64,000 nucleotides of DNA, taken from assembly GCA_048013815.1 (NCBI GenBank), contig CM106585.1, positions 20,026,001 to 20,090,000 on the forward strand, read 5' to 3'. Position 1 is the stretch's first letter. Every line of letters starts with the position of its first letter. Below, in pieces: positions 57,227-64,000 of the stretch. The notes under the pieces were generated by a model. That model was not told where the DNA came from, ran no database searches, and worked only from the letters and a program-made list of their open reading frames with translations. A program made the position numbers and the translations under genes. The DNA comes from Setoptus koraiensis. Lineage: Eukaryota > Animalia > Arthropoda.

Positions 57227-59954
57227 TTATTGTGACGCCTTGCCGTTTATGGGCTCACCAATGAAGAGATGATTCTGGGGTGCGTTTTTCGTCTGTTTCT
57301 CTTGCTCGATAACTACTTTATCTGCGCTTGTGACTAGTAGGGGTGTTGCGAGGAACAAATTGCACAACTCAATCATCGGATACTCAAACAAAATATAAAC
57401 GAGGCACGCTAATAAAGCACAACCTGCGTATATGAACAATACCTGGCTGACCATCACTGGCCACGAGAACGCTAGAATGTGTTCAGTGGACATTAGCAGA
57501 TACAATATAAAATGCCAATTGTATAAGCTGACGCCATAGTTCAATTTGGCCAATGTTGTCCAGATGGGGCGCCGGATAAATTTGTCCCATTTTTTGTGCT
57601 CGGTTGTGCACATTTCCATCAGAACTGAACCATATACTAGCAAGAGGAGAGTTCGAAAGTGAGTGAAAACGAAATTCACCAACAGTTTGAGCCGAGGGCC
57701 CAGATATCCATCTGGGCCGTCTACTGTGGTGGTGTATAAGGAGAATAGCTGCATGACGGGATAAAGATAGATGCCAACTCTGTTGAAATTAATCATCCAT
57801 TTGGGCCATCGCTCGATCACTCGCTCGTCGTACAGATACAGAATGTAGCCCAATATTAGGCCACCGATACAAATATTCAATCTGTACTGGGGCATATAAT
57901 AGGCATAGGTGGCGTACTTGAACACAGTGATCAGTCCGCTGAGCCTAACTTTTGATGTTTCCATCAGCGAGCCGCCCAGCTCGTCGTAAACAATATACTG
58001 AAAGTGGGTGGCCATCGCGATGACGATCACATAGATCACAAGCGCTGTCTTCCGGGTCCTTCGTTGGGTGATAGTCGAAGAAATAATATCGAATCGTATT
58101 AATTAATGATCAATTATATAGTTATAATACAACATGATACGGTAGACAGACTCACCTGGCCAGGAAATAAATCAGAGGAATGGCCACCAGGCTGAACTGT
58201 AAATCTATGGAGCTGGTCCAAAACGGTATGATGCACTGCTTGTTTATGTCTCTGGTGTTCAATAGCGACGAAAACATGGTCCACCAGGTCTCCTGTTTGC
58301 ACTCTAGCGACATTAGCCCCTTCGAGGTTCCGTAGTCCCAGAGAGGCCCGCTACCAACAAACACGTACAGATATTTGACAAACCAAAGAACAAGTATATA
58401 CAGAGGCAAGAAGCGAGCGTAACGCCTCAGAGAGAATTTCGCGCTCAATCTAACAACATCCGTCAGCGGCATAGCTCGAATGATCGTGTTGACGCTCTTA
58501 TTTCTAGCACACCGGCAGCTTTGGTGACCGGAAGCGGGTCCTAATTGCATATCAGGTGATGTTTGGCTGCAAATACATTCGTTCTGAATAGTTGAAGTCC
58601 ATTTTTTTAAATTTGTAAACGAGATTAATGTGCTGGAGATGAGCAGAAAAGCGTCTACCGCTGATAGATACACTACTAATGACAATGTTCTTGCATCGCT
58701 ATCCACTCGCTTAAATGTCTCCAAACGATCCGTCGTGATCACTGTCGAGAACCACAAATAGTGTAAAGCCACCTCCACTAGCATAACACACACTTTGATT
58801 ATGTTGAAAATGTCGAAATTGATCCTTTTGACTGACCGATTCTGCTTTTGTTGAGGCTGCGGAAACAAATTGTTGATCGCTCTCCGGATGCTGAGCGCCT
58901 TAGATAATTGCTGGAATTTCGTCTTTGATAACGACAGTGCGAGCGGCGAACCCCCATCCGTTCTATTGTCCAGTGCGTATTGCATTGCTTTCATTTGTTT
59001 CTCGTACAAAAAATTTGACAATATCATGATTGTTATCCACAGTGCAATGAACGTCACAAACACGTAAAACGTCCAATCATATTTACGCAGAGGACTCCTC
59101 TCATCGGGCAAGCAGTAGATGCTCTCCAAATGTATTCGTCGATGAAAGAATCCCTCTGGTATGTTGTGCAACATCAACCTATTAAGTTGTTGTAAATAAT
59201 TGTTACCTAAACTTGTATCACATGTTTCTGGCAGACACAATGCAACATTGACATAGGGCTCGTTAGTGCGATTGAAACGTGACGGTAATCGCATCTCGGA
59301 CCACATGTCCAGCTTAGCATTGCCCATACAATATCTCATCTTGATATCGTTGGGCGCTCTCACTTGTTTATCCTCATCTCGACCACTGGCATCTATTCGA
59401 CTGTTGATGCACTGACTGTAGGCGCCCAAAAACATGTTGTTGCCATAATTGACGCCATTGTCCGGCTTGCCGAACGAATCCAAATAGTTGGCCAGCTGAA
59501 ATTTCCATTTGGGCTCGATGTGAATGTCCTGTCGGCTGAAACTGGCGCCCCCATCCCTGGAGTACCTGTCAAACAGATCAAAAATTGTGTTGAGGTCCCG
59601 ACGACAATCGGCATCGTTCGCCACGGGTTGACCGCTGACATTGAGATTGTATTGGTCGAGTTGTGGGTCGCCACTGTTGTATTCGTAGATGCCAATGAAT
59701 TCGAAAAATCTCATATAGTTCGCAGTGTACACAGAGCCCAAGTATCTGCTCTCTGGATTGGCATAATGATCAACAAGTCGGCCGCCTGTTTCATCCAACA
59801 ATTCAACATCGTAATTCTCTTCCAAGTTGATTGTAAATGTTGATTGATCGTCCGGCAACAGATCGGCTCGTACGCCGGCTAGACCGATACCTGACAGCAA
59901 CAGTAGTAGTTTCACGAACACTATTTTCGCTTTTCTCCGAACACACTCTCTCAT
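57227..59954 (-). CDS. NRF-6/acyltransferase-3 family membrane protein, copy 2; join(59954..58156,58058..57227), 876 aa
   Basis: Same architecture and exon lengths (1799+832 nt) as copy 1; 97-bp intron at the same position; both frames intact. Confidence 0.88.
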
Positions 59955-62876
59955 CTTGTTGTCGCTGATTGCGATGTAAGTTAAGTAATTAATTGTATCA
60001 GCCTAGATATTTCACAACTTATTCATTGATTTGAATTGCTTGCTATATAATTGAGGATGATCTCACTGTTCGTTGGATTCGAGTTTTCCAGTTGTGTCAA
60101 TCAAATTGTTTCCGCTCAGTGTATCGACCAGTGATCGTAAGCTGACTCGGCTGACCAGGAATGGCTCGTTACTGAATAATTGTCACTCTAATCTCATCAC
60201 TGATTATCTGTTTGTGGTTCATACACCGTAACCGCTGTTTTCGTCATCAGATTTGTTTGAGTTAACCCGTTCAGCCGCTCATTAGTCGTCGCCAAACGAG
60301 CATTTTGTCATACAAAACTCAGACAACGTAACTATCAAACAAACCTAATTATCACTCTTGTCTGTCTAATGATCACTCCATGACTCGGTAGCATCAACTG
60401 ACATTGTGTCAGCTGTCGAGGGAAGATCTAACACAACGAACGAAATGTCGCGCTTCTACGATGTATAAGTATCATCGCATGGAGCGACATTTCCTTCCAG
60501 TGAGTAGTTACAAAATTGTGAATCAAAAAAAGTAACGAGACACGTAATATACAACATTGGTTTTGCGCCACAGACATGTGATTACGCGTCATGTTGTAGC
60601 TATTCATCCGCTAGATGTTTGGACCGAATGGACATCAACTTATGCATCTATAAACACATTTGATTCTGTAATATATCGCCAAGTAAACCTTGTTTACTTG
60701 GCTACAATTGTTTACTATGTACAACTAAGTATCCGTTGATAGCAATTTCTTTCGCAGCGCAATAAACGAGTTTTTCAACAATGTTGCAACATCTTCAGCA
60801 TTCAGACGCAGTTAATCAAATGAACCTCTCAAGTGATACAATCAGAGTGCAATCCGAGCATAGCTTTTACGAACTCTATTGATCGAGCGGATCACGAAAT
60901 GACCATTCTCTCATACGCATTCTTTTGCAGTTTTTTTTTCTCAACAATACCAATATCATCAATTCTTCACATCCTCGAATATGTACGGGCTATCGATGCT
61001 GAATCGAAATAACACAAGTACAGGTAAAAAAATTTCTACTTTCACTGAATGATTTTTTCTTGTTGACTTGATGGTTTTTATCTATTCTGGTATCGTCTTC
61101 GTGGACCTCGTTAATCTGGCCAGAGTATTCCAAAGTAACCAACGAGGTTCCAATGGAGAGAGCTCGAAAAAAAGGTTTACCTTGTTAGTTGTTGCGATGA
61201 TGAATCACGGCGATCGATCATGATGAACGAAATCGATCACCGACTTGCAGTTTGCCACTTCCTCTTGAGTTTTTGTTGAATAGCGATTTTGTGTGGCTGC
61301 TCAAACGACAGCCAGAACAAGAGAGACATCCCTAAACTAAACGACGCAACTAATTAGTGAGCGAGCAACAATTTATTTTATCACGCATGAGGTATTTGTA
61401 ATGCGCTGGTGCCGACAGTACTAAGTTGCCTCTTGTCCATGCATGTAATCTCACCATCGTCAGTACCGGTGCAGTTGTAATAATGCGCCAACTATCTTGC
61501 GTCATTGCTGTAACTACATGCCGCATGGTTGCAACAGCGACTAGCCGGGTATTTGCAATGATACATGTATAAGTAGCAGCATTTTACAAATTGCAAGCGC
61601 CCTTCTGTCGCCGATTCGGCCGAACACGACAGTCCAATGGCAACCGGTTGGCATCACTCCTGTCTCACGAAGATCACTCGTTCCGCAGCACAATAAACGA
61701 CGCATGCATAAGTCAGATGAGAGTGCATTTGCGTTGGCAAGCCACCGCTACACATTGCTAAAAGATATCGTCTGACGCAACACGTTTCATTCTCGTTGTC
61801 GCGCGATTCCGATGTCGATGTTTAGACAAACGGCAGCCGTCATCATTGTCGCGTGAATTGTTACGGGAATTGTTACAGTGAATTGTTGTTGTAGGAGCTG
61901 ATTTGCAAGATCCGATTTGTGCTCACAAACGTTTGTGTCGGGTCACGAAAACGTGAGCAAAAGGCGACAGCGTCTAGCGAGAAACAAGAAACGGGCGCAA
62001 ACGAGAAGAGGCAGCCTTAAAAATTAGTGTGTATAATTTATTGTGAATTGTTGGAAAAGCATCAATTAATTGAGTTGTTGCTTCTCTCTGTGTGTGTGCC
62101 TCTTTTGATAGGAATTGAGCTTATTGTTCTTGTTCGCTTAAACTTTCGATGTAACAATATAAACCTAACGGTAACAATATAATTAAATAACAATAATCTA
62201 TCTCTCTGACTGGTGATATATTACATGGACTCGGGTTTAAAACGGGCCGGCGCAACAGTGACAATCGATTCAGAGCCAAACGAGATAATTGGCTCCCATC
62301 GAAAGTCATGCTGTCATGATGCGTCATGAACTTGTGTCGTCATGAACTTGTGTCGTCATGAACAGGCCGCGAATTTCGTTGGCAGGGGGCGCTTGGCGTT
62401 TAGAGGCCTGAGATTAGATCGCTGAATGTTTTGGTTTGGTTGTGAAGAAATACGAAGAACGCGAACTCTTGATTGTTGTCGCCTAACGCATTACGATGAC
62501 CGCTTGAGGTTGGATCAATGAGTGGGCGGCATCAGCGAGCTGGCAAGTGTTCGCGCCATGATACTTTGGCTGGACATCAGACATCCTCTAACCGTTCGGG
62601 CGAGTTTGTTCAATGTTTGTCTGTTTGTGTTTGTGGCTTGTTGTGGGTGTCGACGGTCATTTTAAAGTCTGCTAATGGCATGTTGGCATCTAGTGGTCAT
62701 CATTTGATTTAATTGGTGGTTGTTTCATTCGTCGGCCTTCGTTCATTTCAAATGTTGCTGCTTTATCTCGGTAGTTATCTCGACAACAACAACAACAACA
62801 ACAACACTGACCGACGCTGAGATGGTGCGCAATTACGTTTGTATCTCATCGCTAATTAACGCCATATTACGTATAA

Positions 62877-63963
62877 TTAACGCGCGTAACCACCGCTCGA
62901 TGCTCCCTTCGATTTTGTTCCACCGCCGTAACCGCCGGATGAGCCGCCCTGGGAACCGCCGCCGTAGCCGCCAGAGGAGTTTCCACCGCCGCCGCCGCTC
63001 GATCCTCCGTAGCCGCCGCCGCCACCGCTTGGCATGCCGTAGCCTCCGCTGCCGCCTCCGGACGATCCACCGTAGCCGCCGCTACCTGCGCCGCCGCCTC
63101 CTCCCGATGATCCGCCGTATCCGCCACCGGCGCCTCCTCCGCCCGATGACCCGCCGTAGCCTCCGCCGCCACCGGACGATCCGCCGTAGCCGCCACCGGC
63201 TCCTCCGCCGCCCGATGATCCGCCGTAACCTCCGGCTCCACCGCCGCCACCGGAAGATCCGCCATAGCCTCCTCCGCTGCCGCCGGACGATCCGCCTCCG
63301 TAGCCTCCTCCTGAGCCACCCGACGAGCCACCGCCGTAACCACCGGCTCCGCCGCCTCCGCCAGACGATCCGCCGTAGCCTCCTCCGCTGCCGCCGGACG
63401 ATCCGCCGCCGTAGCCTCCTCCGCTACCGCCGCCTCCCGATGATCCGCCGTACCCTCCGGCTCCACCGCCACCACCGGACGATCCGCCGTATCCGCCACC
63501 GGAAGCTCCTCCGCCGCCCGATGATCCGCCGTAACCTCCGCCGCCGGAGCCTCCCTTGCTTCCGCCGCCGTATCCACCGCCGCCGCCTCCGCTGCCGCCG
63601 TGTCCTCCTCCGTTTCCGCCGCCGTATCCACCGGCGTCGTTTCCGTAGTCTCCGTCATCGTCGAAGTTTGGCTCACTGTCGTAACTTTCTGCCTGCGAAT
63701 AGGAACCGGCCGCGGCATTTCCATAGCCGCCCATTCCCCCTCCTCCGCTGGCGCCGCCGCCGTAGCCTCCTCCGCCACCGCCGCTGCTTCCGCCTCCGTA
63801 TCCTCCCATGGATCCGCCGCCGTGGCCTCCCGAAGATCCGCCACCGCCGTATCCTCCTCCTCCGCCGCCACTGCTTCCGCCGTAGCCTCCTCCGCCGCCT
63901 CCGCCGCTTCCGCCGTAGCTTCCACCGCCACCGCCGCCGCCCTTCATTTGATTCTTCATGGGC
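62877..63963 (-). CDS. Glycine-rich structural protein (GGYGGSSGGGG repeats), last exon or 3' part; 5' end probably beyond the window
   Basis: About 360 aa with roughly 22 GYGG motifs, one acidic spacer (SYSQAESYDSEPNFDDDGDY) and a basic C-terminus. A candidate acceptor ATGCAG ends at 63964, the frame is also open to the window edge, and no signal peptide is inside the window. Confidence 0.8.
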
Positions 63964-64000
63964 CTGCATATTATGCGTGCATTGAGTCGGTGATTCGGAC

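Larger units (their letters stand above)
53000..60500. repeat. Direct tandem duplication, period about 4167 bp, containing the two NRF-6 genes
   Basis: 53000 aligns with 57167. The upstream regions (about 55800-56490 vs 59955-60500) still share patches such as GTTCATACACC and AACGAACGAA. Confidence 0.9.

Noticed and set aside
60700-61560. Possible small minus-strand exons (e.g. EYSGQINEVHEDD, YYNCTGTDDGEITC)
   Set aside because: Short frames bounded by stops; I could not join them into a credible gene.
62720-63985. 421-aa Arg-rich plus-strand ORF and alternative-frame ORFs over the glycine-rich gene
   Set aside because: Antisense and alternate-frame shadows of GGC/GGA codon repeats.
1-64000. 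Transposase, reverse transcriptase, tRNA, rRNA or snRNA genes
   Set aside because: No diagnostic motifs seen by eye; a covariance-model or repeat-library search could still find degenerate ones.

Overview
Eukaryotic, intron-poor animal DNA, most likely an arthropod; a mite is my inference from the knirps-class receptor, the paired NRF-6 acyltransferases and the short or absent introns. Left end: the 5' part of a 10-formyl-THF dehydrogenase (ALDH1L, not in the ORF track because it runs off the window), then a head-to-head inverted duplication (about 1.7-6.3 kb). Each arm carries ATPAF2 and a two-exon, 77-78 aa secreted micro-protein with a predicted GPI signal. The two copies share a 99% identical intron but differ completely in a 17-codon block of the mature peptide, and a third, decayed paralog lies just downstream. 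From about 6.7 to 44.8 kb is a roughly 38 kb non-coding domain around a single knirps/NR0A nuclear receptor (36.2-37.2 kb); it is dense with short tandem stutters, self-complementary micro-arrays and about 45-50 copies of CAGGTGA/TCACCTG. Next come Rab40 and PMS2 head-to-head. PMS2 has a 4x amplification of a conserved linker motif, and its 3' half is repeated in a tail-to-tail palindrome whose second copy is frameshifted and cut by a 500-N gap. After the gap are two tandem 876-aa NRF-6/acyltransferase-3 genes and a glycine-rich structural protein exon. I found no tRNA, rRNA, CRISPR array or recognisable transposase. All counts are by hand.
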